Source: Guyparkeria sp.
GTDB lineage: Bacteria; Pseudomonadota; Gammaproteobacteria; Halothiobacillales; Halothiobacillaceae
Assembly (NCBI RefSeq): GCF_046545975.1
Contig: NZ_JBKGYT010000001.1
Span: 1 to 59,779, forward strand
Length of the DNA: 59,779 nucleotides
Direction of reading: 5' to 3'
Shown here: in pieces, positions 21,350-33,064 of the stretch
Numbering within the stretch: the stretch's first letter is position 1
Layout: each line of letters begins with the position of its first letter
Notes under the pieces: model-generated
Database searches by the model: none
Seen by the model: the letters and a program-made list of their open reading frames with translations, nothing else
What the model was told of the DNA's origin: nothing
Made by a program: the position numbers and the translations under genes

Positions 21350-22141
21350 TCACGACCCGGGCGCGCCGTAGTCGAGTTCGAGCACCACGGGGGCGTGATC
21401 GGAGGGGCGCTCCCACCGCCGGGGTTCGACGTCGATGTGGCAGGCGCGTGCCCGGTCGCGCAGTTCGTCGCTGACGAGGATCAGGTCGATGCGCAGTCCG
21501 CGGTTGCGACGGAAGTTGGCGGCACGGTAGTCCCACCAGGAAAACGCGTTCTCCGGCTGGTCGAACAGCCGAAAGGCATCGATCAGGCCGGTCTCGAGAA
21601 TGCGATCGAGCGCGTCGCGCTCCGGGGTACTGCAGAGGATGCGTTCGTGCCATGCCTCCGGGTCGTGCACGTCGGCGTCCGTGGGCGCGATGTTGAAGTC
21701 GCCCACCACCACCCGATGGCGGTAGCGACCGGCCTCGGCGGCCAGCCACCGGGCCAGTGCCTCCAGCCATTCGAGCTTGTAGCGATACTTCTCCGAACCG
21801 ACCGCCTCGCCGTTGACCACGTAGAGATTGATCACCCGCAGGTCGCCGAAGGTGGCCGCGATCACGCGGCGTTGCGGATCCTCGAACTCCGGAATGTCGG
21901 TGACCACGTCGGTCGGTTCCGGCCAGTGCGCCGGATAGACCCAGGCCACGCCGTTGTAGGTCTTCTGCCCGTTGCTGAGGATCCGGTAGCCGGCCGCATC
22001 CAGGGCCGCGCGATCGACGGCCTCGTCGGTCTGCTTGAGCTCCTGGAGGCCGAGCAGGGTGGCAGGCTGTTCGGCGAGCCAGTCCAGTACCTGTGGCTGA
22101 CGCACCTTCAGGGAATTGACGTTCCAAGTGACGATATTCAT
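21350..22141 (-). CDS. xthA: Exodeoxyribonuclease III (XthA-type paralog)
   Basis: TWNVNS, LQELK, GQKTYNGVA, GDFNIAP, SWWDYR, GLRIDL, PSDHAPV. Confidence 0.9.
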   Translation of the reverse strand: MNIVTWNVNSLKVRQPQVLDWLAEQPATLLGLQELKQTDEAVDRAALDAAGYRILSNGQKTYNGVAWVYPAHWPEPTDVVTDIPEFEDPQRRVIAATFGDLRVINLYVVNGEAVGSEKYRYKLEWLEALARWLAAEAGRYRHRVVVGDFNIAPTDADVHDPEAWHERILCSTPERDALDRILETGLIDAFRLFDQPENAFSWWDYRAANFRRNRGLRIDLILVSDELRDRARACHIDVEPRRWERPSDHAPVVLELDYGAPGS

Positions 22142-22205
22142 CGGGGCTTCCTGGTGAATCTCGGGGCGCGCCATTCTCTCAGAACTCGGGCCCTGGGGCA
22201 TGACG

Positions 22206-23153
22206 TCAGAATGGACTGCGAGTGGTCTGGGCAATCAACCAGAAGACGAACAGGACGACGGCCGCTGCCATGAACAGGGCCGCCAGGCGGGACTTGCGGC
22301 GAATCAGCGCGTCCTGGTCGAGCCCGGAGATGATGTAGGGATCCCCGTTGCCCGGACGCCGGATCAGGTTGGCCGTATGGCTCCCCCCGTTGCCGACGGT
22401 GTCCACCTGGTGGACCTCCTTCTCCGCCTGGGAGCGCGCCAGGCGCATCGCCCACTGCCATTCCCGCTGGGAGATGTCGCCATCGCCGTCGAGGTCGAAT
22501 CGCTGCCGCTGGGCAGCGTCGCGCTGCCATTCCGCGAGCAGTTCCCGGCGGCGGTGCTCGATCGCTGCGGCGACGGATTCGCCCGTGTTGCGATGCCCGC
22601 GGGTCTCCAGCCAGCCGAGCACGTAGACGGGAAAGTCGGGGAGCAGGAGGCGCTCGGTGTAGCGGTGGTCGTCGCCGCCGTATCCCGTGGCGCCCGAGCC
22701 GCCGTGCCAGGTTCGCGCGCCCCGTTCACGCCAGCGCCGACGACGATGCTCGACCACCCGGGCATGGTCCGGGTCGACGTATGCCTCGCCCGTGCCGTCG
22801 TCCACCAGGAACAGCGAATCGCTGCGGTTGCGCTCGGTGGTCACCCAACGGCGGTTTTTGCCGCTTCCCTCGCGCCGTTCGATGGTGACGTCGTACCAGA
22901 GGCAGGGCGTGAAGGTGAGCGGCGAACGCAGGGGCGAGCCGTTGAGCGGCCGTCCGGTGCCCTCGATCTCGTTGAACCCCTGGGCGGCGGATCGCAACCG
23001 CGACGTGGGGGTGTGGGCGATGATGCGCGCTCGGGCGACGTAGCGAAAGCCGAGGAAGACAAACAGGAGGGTGAGTCCCGCCGACCCGGCCCAGAGCAGG
23101 AGGAAGAACCCCCCGTCCAGCCCGGACAGCCAGTCGCGCAACGATTGGATCAT
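22206..23153 (-). CDS. GIDE-domain (E3-ligase-like family) membrane protein with EF-hand-like loop
   Basis: N-terminal TM, TPTSR.RSAAQG..EIEG, F.VDDGTG..VDP, YTERLL, DLDGDGDISQRE loop, PYIIS then C-terminal TM. Confidence 0.75.
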   Translation of the reverse strand: MIQSLRDWLSGLDGGFFLLLWAGSAGLTLLFVFLGFRYVARARIIAHTPTSRLRSAAQGFNEIEGTGRPLNGSPLRSPLTFTPCLWYDVTIERREGSGKNRRWVTTERNRSDSLFLVDDGTGEAYVDPDHARVVEHRRRRWRERGARTWHGGSGATGYGGDDHRYTERLLLPDFPVYVLGWLETRGHRNTGESVAAAIEHRRRELLAEWQRDAAQRQRFDLDGDGDISQREWQWAMRLARSQAEKEVHQVDTVGNGGSHTANLIRRPGNGDPYIISGLDQDALIRRKSRLAALFMAAAVVLFVFWLIAQTTRSPF

Positions 23154-23184
23154 CGACGGAGCCGACTCCGAAGCGACCGGCCGG

Positions 23185-23757
23185 TTACCGGAACAGGGCC
23201 TTCACGTCCACGTCCTGCGTGGTCTCACGCTCGAACTCCAGCAGGCGGAAGGCTCGGAAGCCGAACAGTTGCGCGATCATGACATCCGGGAACTGCTCGA
23301 TGCGGATGTTGTTGGTGTTGACCGCGGCGTTGTAGAACTCGCGCCGGTCGGCGATCTCGTTCTCCAGCCCGGTGATGCGCTGCTGCAGATGCTGGAAGGT
23401 CTCGTTGGCCTTGAGCTCGGGGTAGGCCTCGGCCACCGCGAACAGATTGCCCAGACCGAGCCGGAGGCTCTGCTCGGCCCCGCCAAGGGCCGCGACGTCA
23501 CCGCGCTGCTGCGCCTGGTTGACCGCCGCTCGGGCCTCCATGACCCGCTCGAGGGTGTCGCGCTCGTAGTGCATGTACTGGCGGGCGGTCTCGACCAGCT
23601 TCGGCAGCTCGTCGTTCCGCTGGCGCAGCAGCACGTCGATGTTCGACCAGGCCTGGGAGACGTTGTGCTTCAGGCGTACCAGCCCGTTGTAGATGACGAT
23701 CCCCCAGATCAGGACCAGCACCAGCAGGAAAACGATGATCGACAGCGCGATACCCAT
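23185..23757 (-). CDS. lemA: LemA family protein
   Basis: TM then YNGLV, AWSNIDV.L.QR, AEAYPELKA, ENEIADRREFYN, FP..IA. Confidence 0.93.
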   Translation of the reverse strand: MGIALSIIVFLLVLVLIWGIVIYNGLVRLKHNVSQAWSNIDVLLRQRNDELPKLVETARQYMHYERDTLERVMEARAAVNQAQQRGDVAALGGAEQSLRLGLGNLFAVAEAYPELKANETFQHLQQRITGLENEIADRREFYNAAVNTNNIRIEQFPDVMIAQLFGFRAFRLLEFERETTQDVDVKALFR

Positions 23758-23802
23758 GTGAATTCAGCCTCCATGCCGCCCGCCGCTGGCGGGTCGGTCG
23801 GT

Positions 23803-26304
<2,502 letters not shown>

Positions 26305-26326
26305 TCAGTGCTGTAAAACCTTCTGA

Positions 26327-27403
26327 TCATACCATTTTCCGCACCTGGCCGTCGGCCAGCGCGAAGCGCGCGTCGATACGGCCCTCGTCGTCGAGCGCAT
26401 CGGCGGCAATGACGCTGATGAAGGCCTGGTGGCCGCTTGTGGTGAGGAAGTCGAGCACCCGTCGCCGGTTGTCGTGATCGAGCTCCGAGGCCAGGTCGTC
26501 GAACAGGATGACGGCCGTCTCCCCCCGGGCCTTCTGCCACAGATCGAGCACGGCGAGGTGCAGCAGGGTCACGAGCATCTTGATCTGGCCCCGGGAGGCG
26601 ACATGCCGTGCCTCCTGGTCGTCGATGGCGATCTTCAGGTCCGCGCGGTGCGGACCGAACAGCGTCGACTGCATCTCCGTCTCTCGTTCCCGTCCCTGCT
26701 CGATGGCCGTGGCGAGATCGAGATCCTGACGGTAGCCCGGGAGGTACCGCAACGACAGGACCCCCTGCGGAAACAATGCCGGGGCCAGTGCTTCGACGCG
26801 CTCGATCAGATGCCGCAACACTTCCCGACGGGCGGACTCGAGCCGGTCGGCGTTGCGGATGTAAAGGGCCTCCCAAATCGCTTCCCGTTTCCTCCGCCTC
26901 AGAAGTGCATTGCGCTGCCTGAGCACCTTGAGGAACTCGCGATGCCGGTCGAAGAACTCGGGCAGGGCGTAGAAGCCGACGCGGTCGAGGAAACGTCGCC
27001 TGTGGTCGGGCGAGCCCAGCACGAGGTCGTCCGACTGCGGATGAAGCGCGAGCACCGGCAGCAGCCGGGCCAGTTCACTCAGGCGGGTGACGTTCTCCCC
27101 GTCGATGCGCAGGTGAAGCGCCTTGCGGTCTCGTTGCAGGGCGATGCGGTGTTCGCGCTGGCCCGGCGCGCCTTCCTGGACGCGCGCCCGGACCAACAGG
27201 TCGCCGGTGCCGTGCCGGATCAGTTCCGCGGGCTGATTGCCACGAAACGACCGGCCCAGGCTCAGCGTATGGATCGCCTCGAGCAGGCTGGTCTTGCCGG
27301 AACCGTTCGGGCCGCTGATCAGGTTGATCCCGCCGGCGGGTTCCAGATCGACGGATTGCAGGTTGCGCAGCCGTTCGACGTGGAGTTCGGTGAGCCGTGT
27401 CAC
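26327..27403 (-). CDS. recF: DNA replication/repair protein RecF
   Basis: GPNGSGKTSLLEAI, GPHRADL, SRGQIK, DDLASELD; dnaN-recF-gyrB synteny. Confidence 0.96.
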   Translation of the reverse strand: MTRLTELHVERLRNLQSVDLEPAGGINLISGPNGSGKTSLLEAIHTLSLGRSFRGNQPAELIRHGTGDLLVRARVQEGAPGQREHRIALQRDRKALHLRIDGENVTRLSELARLLPVLALHPQSDDLVLGSPDHRRRFLDRVGFYALPEFFDRHREFLKVLRQRNALLRRRKREAIWEALYIRNADRLESARREVLRHLIERVEALAPALFPQGVLSLRYLPGYRQDLDLATAIEQGRERETEMQSTLFGPHRADLKIAIDDQEARHVASRGQIKMLVTLLHLAVLDLWQKARGETAVILFDDLASELDHDNRRRVLDFLTTSGHQAFISVIAADALDDEGRIDARFALADGQVRKMV

Positions 27404-27413
27404 GGAAACCGGC

Positions 27414-28523
27414 TTAGATCTTCATCGGCATCAGGACGTAACGCGTCCGGATCAGGTCGGCCGTGGTCGGCTGGACCAGTGCGCTGGATTCCGGCGTCTC
27501 GAATTCCATGCGGACCTGCGGGTCGTCGATGTTGGCCAGGATGGCGAGCATGTAGCCGATGTTGAACGCGATCTTGAGGCTGTCGCCCTGGTAGTCCACC
27601 GGGATCTCCTCGCGGGAGGATTCCTGATCGCTGTTGATGGCCTCGATGGCCAGCTGGTCGGTCTCCAGCAGGTAATGGGCGCCGGCGAACCGGTCGGTGT
27701 TCAGGACGGCGGCGCGCTGCAGGACCTGTCGAAGCGAGTCGCGGTCGGCGATCACCACCTTGCTGTTGTTCTTCGGGATGACCCGGTCGTAGTCCGGGAA
27801 GCGCCCGTCGATGAGCTTGCTCACCATCCGCTGCCGGGCGAGCTCGAGCTCGATCTGCTGGTTGCTCACCAGCAGATCGATGGGGCTGTCATCGTCGCGG
27901 TCGAGCGCACGCATTAGCTCCATGACCATCTTGCGCGGCACGATGATGCGCAGGGTGTCCGCGACCGACTGCTCGCTGTCGGTTTCCGCCAGGGCGAGGC
28001 GGTGACCGTCGGTCGCCACGCAGCGGATGTGGTCCGGGGCGACCTCCAGGAGCAGACCGTTGAGGAAGTATCGCACGTCCTGCTGCGCCATGGAGAACTG
28101 CGTCTTCTCCAGGAGCAGTCGCAGGTGGTTTTGCGGAAGGACGACCCGGTGTTCCTCCGCGGTGGCTTCCATCCGGGGAAACTCGTCGGCAGGCAGGCAA
28201 CCGAGCCGGAAGACGCTCTGCCCGGAGCGAAGGATGAGAAAGCCGTCTTCCTGGCGGAGCTCGATGGGTGCCTCCGAGCCGATGGCCCGCACGATGTCAT
28301 GCAGTTTCCGCGCGCTGACCGTGGTGCGCCCGGGCTGTTGAACCTCGATGGGCGTGCCGCTCTCGAGCTGGATCTCCAGATCGGTGGCCGTGATCTGGAG
28401 CGCGTGGTCGGAAGCCTCCAGCAGCAGATTGCCGAGGATGGGCATCGTCTGGCGTTTTTCCACGCCGCCAATGACCCGGTTGATCGCATCGAGCAGGTCC
28501 TGTCGGTTGACGGTCAGTTGCAT
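27414..28523 (-). CDS. dnaN: DNA polymerase III beta sliding clamp
   Basis: TMPILGN, ATDLE, QDVRYFLNG, VATDGHRLA, GRFPDY, terminal LMPMKI. Confidence 0.98.
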   Translation of the reverse strand: MQLTVNRQDLLDAINRVIGGVEKRQTMPILGNLLLEASDHALQITATDLEIQLESGTPIEVQQPGRTTVSARKLHDIVRAIGSEAPIELRQEDGFLILRSGQSVFRLGCLPADEFPRMEATAEEHRVVLPQNHLRLLLEKTQFSMAQQDVRYFLNGLLLEVAPDHIRCVATDGHRLALAETDSEQSVADTLRIIVPRKMVMELMRALDRDDDSPIDLLVSNQQIELELARQRMVSKLIDGRFPDYDRVIPKNNSKVVIADRDSLRQVLQRAAVLNTDRFAGAHYLLETDQLAIEAINSDQESSREEIPVDYQGDSLKIAFNIGYMLAILANIDDPQVRMEFETPESSALVQPTTADLIRTRYVLMPMKI

Positions 28524-28785
28524 GGCATGCGCTTCCTCTTATTCAGTAACAGATGTTTTTTTCTGTTGATGATGATGAATGTGAAGGGGGACAAAAGCTC
28601 TGGATAACCCATCGAACGGCCATTTTTTCAACAGGTTATGAAAATCATATCTCGGCTGGACGCCTCGGGAGGTCCTGTGGAACGTTTGGGACGGATTGTG
28701 GATAACGCATTTCCCGTCATTCCGTCCACAGTTTTCCCAGCGGCTGTCCCGGCATCTTGCCGAGGTTATACCCGGATCCGGACCG
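28524..28785. other. Probable chromosomal replication origin oriC
   Basis: DnaA boxes TGTGGATAA (28697-28705, perfect), TCTGGATAA (28599-28607) and degenerate ones near 28676 and 28722; AT-rich segment 28538-28580; IHF-like TTTCAAcaggTTA 28626-28638. Confidence 0.75.
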
Positions 28786-30186
28786 CTACACGTTGAGCGT
28801 GTGTCTCAGCAGGTTGTAGTCGTCGCTGATCTTGCTGTCGCTCTCCCGAAGTTCCTCGATCTTGCGTACCGCGTGCAGCACCGTGGTGTGATCGCGTCCG
28901 CCGAAGGACTCGCCGATCTCCGGCAGCGAATGGCTGGTCAGTTCCTTGGCCAGCGCCATCGCGATCTGGCGGGGGCGGGCGATCGAGCGCGTGCGGCGTG
29001 CCCCGGTCAGGTCCTGGATCTTGATGTTGTAGTACTTGGCGACGGTGCGCTGGATATTGTCGAGCGTGATCATCTTGGCGTGGGCCGAGATCATGTCCTT
29101 GAGCGCATCCTTGGTGGATTCGATCGTGATCGGCCGCTTGGAGAACTGCGTGGTCACGATCACGCGCCGCAACGCCCCCTCGAGTTCGCGGATGTTGGCC
29201 TGGATGCGCCGGGCGATGAAGAAGGCGACGTCCGAGTCGAGATCGATGCCGGACTGTTCGGCCTTGCTGTGCAGGATGGCCACCCGGGTCTCCATGTCCG
29301 GCGGCTCGACGGCGACCGTCAGGCCCCAGCCGAACCGCGACTTCAGGCGTTCCTCGAGTCCCTCGATCTCCTTCGGGTAGCGATCGCAGGTCATCACGAT
29401 CTGCTTGCCCTGCTCGATCAGCGCGTTGAAGGTGTGGAAGAACTCCTCCTGGCTGCGCGGCTTGGTGGCGAAGAACTGGATGTCGTCGATCAGCAGCGCG
29501 TCGATGCCGCGGTAGAAGTTCTTGAACTGCTCGGTATTGTTGTTGCGGATCGCGGTGATCATTTCCTGCACGTAGCGTTCGCTGTGCAGGTAGATCACGC
29601 GCTTGTCGGCCTGCTGGTCGATGATCTCGTTGCCGACCGCATGCATCAGGTGGGTCTTGCCCAGGCCCACGCCGCCGTAGATCAGCAGCGGGTTGTAGCT
29701 GGCGCCGGCGTTGGCGGCCACCTGCTGGGAGGCGGCACAGGCGAGCTGGTTGGACTTGCCCTGGACGAAGGTGGCGAAGGTGAATCCCCGATTGAGGTTG
29801 TGGCCGAATTCCTGGTTGTCGTCCGGCTCGTCCGGCTCCGCGGGCGCCGGAGCGGGCGTGGTCTTCCTTGCCGGCTGCCCGGCCGGCCGCGGGGATTCGG
29901 CCGGTTTTGGCGGGGCGGACTTGCGCATGGTGCTACCCGCCTCGCCGATGCGCAGCGAGACATCAAGGTCCGGGCGACCGGACACCTCGCGGGCGTGCAG
30001 GCGAATGCGCTCGAGCAGCTTCTGCTCGATCCAGTCGACGGCGAACCGGTTCGGTGCCCACAGCAGCCACTGGGAGTCGCTGCGCTCCTCGGCCTGCAGC
30101 GGGAATATCCACATCGTCAGCTGGTCGTTCGGCAGCTCCTGGGACAGGCGATCAATACATTGTTGCCACATCGGAAAGTGCTGCAT
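28786..30186 (-). CDS. dnaA: Chromosomal replication initiator DnaA
   Basis: YNPLLIYGGVGLGKTHL, LLIDDIQF, QEEFFHTFN, RELEGAL, GGRDHTTVLHA. Confidence 0.99.
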   Translation of the reverse strand: MQHFPMWQQCIDRLSQELPNDQLTMWIFPLQAEERSDSQWLLWAPNRFAVDWIEQKLLERIRLHAREVSGRPDLDVSLRIGEAGSTMRKSAPPKPAESPRPAGQPARKTTPAPAPAEPDEPDDNQEFGHNLNRGFTFATFVQGKSNQLACAASQQVAANAGASYNPLLIYGGVGLGKTHLMHAVGNEIIDQQADKRVIYLHSERYVQEMITAIRNNNTEQFKNFYRGIDALLIDDIQFFATKPRSQEEFFHTFNALIEQGKQIVMTCDRYPKEIEGLEERLKSRFGWGLTVAVEPPDMETRVAILHSKAEQSGIDLDSDVAFFIARRIQANIRELEGALRRVIVTTQFSKRPITIESTKDALKDMISAHAKMITLDNIQRTVAKYYNIKIQDLTGARRTRSIARPRQIAMALAKELTSHSLPEIGESFGGRDHTTVLHAVRKIEELRESDSKISDDYNLLRHTLNV

Positions 30187-30240
30187 GACGACGGTTGTTC
30201 TCCCTGGTCCACGGGTCGGTTCGACAAACGGCGATCATAA

Positions 30241-30273
30241 CATTCCACAGGATGCTCCGGCATCTTATCCACA
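30241..30273. promoter_or_regulatory. DnaA boxes upstream of dnaA (autoregulation)
   Basis: Perfect TTATCCACA at 30265-30273 and degenerate CATTCCACA at 30241-30249. Confidence 0.75.
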
Positions 30274-30338
30274 AGTTGATCGATGTCGGATCCCCAGCCT
30301 TTTCGGGCCGGGCCTGGTGCATCCATCACCGGTCGGAC

Positions 30339-30368
30339 TTGACAGCGAGGGCGCTTTTGGCACAGTAT
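30339..30368 (+). promoter_or_regulatory. Possible sigma70 promoter of the rpmH operon
   Basis: Perfect TTGACA, 18-nt spacer, weak CAGTAT. Confidence 0.4.
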
Positions 30369-30459
30369 TCGGCCCCTTTTTCAAGCGGATACGGGCGTCA
30401 GGGGATGCCCGTGTCGGCTTTGCCGTTACCATTCCGAACAAACCATCTGGTAGAGCGTC

Positions 30460-30594
30460 ATGAAAAGAACATTTCAGCCGAGCAACCTGCGTCGCAAGCG
30501 CACTCACGGTTTCCGTGCCCGCATGAAGACCCGTGGTGGTCGCGCGATCATCAACGCCCGTCGTGCCAAGGGCCGCAAGCGTCTTTCTGCCTGA
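30460..30594 (+). CDS. rpmH: 50S ribosomal protein L34 (absent from the ORF track, 44 aa)
   Basis: Translated by hand: [44 protein letters not shown]. Confidence 0.98.
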   Translation: MKRTFQPSNLRRKRTHGFRARMKTRGGRAIINARRAKGRKRLSA

Positions 30595-30598
30595 GATC

Positions 30599-31021
30599 GT
30601 GACCTCGGTCACGTCGTCGGAGACCGCGGCAGGTTCCCGTGCCGACGACGGGGGTGACGAGCCCCGTTGGGCTCGCTTTCCCCGTACTGCGCGCCTGCTG
30701 ACCGGACGTGATTACCAGACGGTGATGCGTGGCGGGTTCCGGGTGCACACGGCCAACCTGATGCTGGTGGTGTCGGCCCGTTCCGAGGGGCAGGCGCGCC
30801 TCGGTCTGGCGGTGAGCCGGCGCCGGGTGCGACGGGCCCACGAGCGGAATCGCATCAAGCGTGTCGCCCGGGAAGAGTTCCGGTTGATGCGGACGGACCT
30901 CGCTCCCATGGACGTGGTCGTCCTGGCGAAACCGGGTGCCGACGAGGTGTCGATGGACGAGCTTCATCGGCAGATGCGTCACGCACTGAAAAAGGCGAGT
31001 CGGAAATGCGCGCAGTCCTGA
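30599..31021 (+). CDS. rnpA: Ribonuclease P protein component
   Basis: [32 protein letters not shown]; GTG start approximate. Confidence 0.93.
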   Translation: MTSVTSSETAAGSRADDGGDEPRWARFPRTARLLTGRDYQTVMRGGFRVHTANLMLVVSARSEGQARLGLAVSRRRVRRAHERNRIKRVAREEFRLMRTDLAPMDVVVLAKPGADEVSMDELHRQMRHALKKASRKCAQS

Positions 31022-31323
31022 TAGCGCTGGTCAAGGCCTACCGTTTGCTGATCAGCCCCCTTCTGCCGCCGTCGTGCCGCTTTTATCCCACCTGTTCCGA
31101 GTACGCCATCGAGGCCTTCGAGAGGCACGGGGCATTGCGGGGCGGCTGGCTCACGCTCAGGCGCGTGGGTCGTTGCCACCCCTTCTGCGAGGGGGGCATC
31201 GATCCCGTTCCGGGCAGCGAAAGGGTATCGGACACGGCATGCCGATGCTCCACCGAATCCGTTTCACGTGAAACCGACCCCACCTCCGGGGGCGGTTCCC
31301 ATGTCGTCCAATCGCGAGACTGA
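31006..31323 (+). CDS. yidD: Membrane protein insertion efficiency factor YidD
   Basis: Y...ISP....[22 protein letters not shown], plus a C-terminal extension. Confidence 0.95.
   Translation: MRAVLIALVKAYRLLISPLLPPSCRFYPTCSEYAIEAFERHGALRGGWLTLRRVGRCHPFCEGGIDPVPGSERVSDTACRCSTESVSRETDPTSGGGSHVVQSRD
31260..31275. other. parS site inside the yidD C-terminal extension
   Basis: CGTTTCACGTGAAACC with a perfect 14-bp core palindrome. Confidence 0.85.
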
Positions 31324-31329
31324 CCTCCC

Positions 31330-33030
31330 ATGGAACAACGTCGCCTGATCCTGATCATCGCCCTGGGCTTTGTCCTCATCCTGCTCTGGCAGGCGTGGCT
31401 GGGGGATAACCGGTCCGAGACGGACGGCCAGCGGTCCTCCACCACGTCGGACCAGGTGGCCGATGATCGGCCGACGGGGGACGGTCCGGATGCGAGCGAG
31501 GAACGCCCCGACGGAGCCACGGTGCCGGAAGGGTCGGGCGATACACCTGCCGGCGCCTCCGATGATTCGCTGGTAGCCGTCGAAACGGACGTCCTCTCGC
31601 TCGCCATCGACCCGGCTGGTGGCACCCTGGTCCGGGCCGATCTTCTCGAGTACCCGGTCGAACTCGATCAACCCGATCAGCCGGTGCGCCTGCTGGAAGA
31701 CAGCCAGGGTTTCACCTACATCGCGCAGTCCGGTCTGCTGGGCCGTAACGATGCCCCGGCCCCGGATCACCACGCACGCTTTGATGTCGAGGAAGCGTCA
31801 TACCGGCTGGCGGACGGCGAGTCGGTGCTCGAGGTGCCGCTCGTCTGGGAAGAGGACGGGGTGCGCGTCACCAAGACCTACCTGTTCAAGCGCGGCTCGT
31901 ATGCTGTCGACGTGCGCTACACCGTCGAGAACACCACCGAGGCCGAGTGGCGCGGTCAGCAGTACCGGCAGCTGACACGTTCGGGCTCCACCCCGGGCAT
32001 GCAGCTGATGTATACCTACACCGGTGGCGTCTACGCGGGCACCCCGACCGGCGGTGGTGACCGTCTGAACTACGAGAAGATCGAATTTGACGAGATGGGC
32101 GAGGTCCGTCTCGACAAGAACCTGCAGGATGGCTGGGCCGGGATCATCCAGCACTACTTCATGAGTGCCTGGGTGCCCGCGGACCCCGAGCAGGTCAACC
32201 AGTACTACACCCTCAAGAGCGACCGTGACGGTTTCCCCGTGTATTCGCTGGGCCTGTTGTCGCCCACGACCACCGTGGGGCCGGGATCGACCGAGACGCT
32301 GGAGTCGATCCTCTACGTGGGGCCGAAGATCCAGTCGAACCTCGAGTCGCTCGCCACGGGCATGCACCTGGCGGTGGACTTCGGCATCCTGACCTTCATC
32401 TCCGAGCCGATCTTCTGGCTGCTCGACCTCTTCCACGACTGGGTGGATAACTGGGGCTGGGCCATCGTGCTGGTCACCCTGGTGATCAAGCTCATTTTCC
32501 TGTGGCCGTCGGCGGTGAGCTACCGCTCGATGGCGCGCATGCGGGCGGTCACGCCGAAGATGCAGGCCCTCAAGGAACGGTTCTCCGACGACAAGCAGCG
32601 CCTCTCCCAGGAGATGATGAAGCTTTACCAGAAGGAGAAGATCAATCCGCTGGGCGGCTGTCTGCCGATCCTGATCCAGATCCCCGTGTTCATCGCGCTC
32701 TACTGGGTCCTGGTGGAATCCGTCGAACTGCGACAGGCGCCGTGGATCCTCTGGATCGACGACCTCACCCAGCGGGATCCGTACTTCATCCTGCCGCTGC
32801 TGATGGGCCTGTCGATGTGGGCGCAGCAGAGGCTCAACCCCGCCCCGGTCGATCCGATGCAGAAGAAGATCTTCCAGTGGCTGCCGGTGGTGTTCACGGT
32901 GTTCTTCGCCTTCTTCCCGGCGGGCCTGGTGCTGTACTGGTTCGTCAACAACCTGCTCTCCATCATCCAGCAGACGATCATCACCCGCCGTGTCGAGCGG
33001 CAGATGGCCGCCCGCAAGGGGTCGAGCTGA
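31330..33030 (+). CDS. yidC: Membrane protein insertase YidC
   Basis: N-terminal TM, large periplasmic domain, NWGWAIV, INPLGGCLP.LIQ.P, PAGLVLYW. Confidence 0.98.
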   Translation: MEQRRLILIIALGFVLILLWQAWLGDNRSETDGQRSSTTSDQVADDRPTGDGPDASEERPDGATVPEGSGDTPAGASDDSLVAVETDVLSLAIDPAGGTLVRADLLEYPVELDQPDQPVRLLEDSQGFTYIAQSGLLGRNDAPAPDHHARFDVEEASYRLADGESVLEVPLVWEEDGVRVTKTYLFKRGSYAVDVRYTVENTTEAEWRGQQYRQLTRSGSTPGMQLMYTYTGGVYAGTPTGGGDRLNYEKIEFDEMGEVRLDKNLQDGWAGIIQHYFMSAWVPADPEQVNQYYTLKSDRDGFPVYSLGLLSPTTTVGPGSTETLESILYVGPKIQSNLESLATGMHLAVDFGILTFISEPIFWLLDLFHDWVDNWGWAIVLVTLVIKLIFLWPSAVSYRSMARMRAVTPKMQALKERFSDDKQRLSQEMMKLYQKEKINPLGGCLPILIQIPVFIALYWVLVESVELRQAPWILWIDDLTQRDPYFILPLLMGLSMWAQQRLNPAPVDPMQKKIFQWLPVVFTVFFAFFPAGLVLYWFVNNLLSIIQQTIITRRVERQMAARKGSS

Positions 33031-33040
33031 CCGAGTTTGA

Positions 33041-33056
33041 TGTTTCCCGTGAAACA
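33041..33056. other. parS site between yidC and mnmE
   Basis: TGTTTCCCGTGAAACA, one mismatch; palindrome extends to 33039-33058. Confidence 0.85.
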
Positions 33057-33064
33057 TCGGGCGG

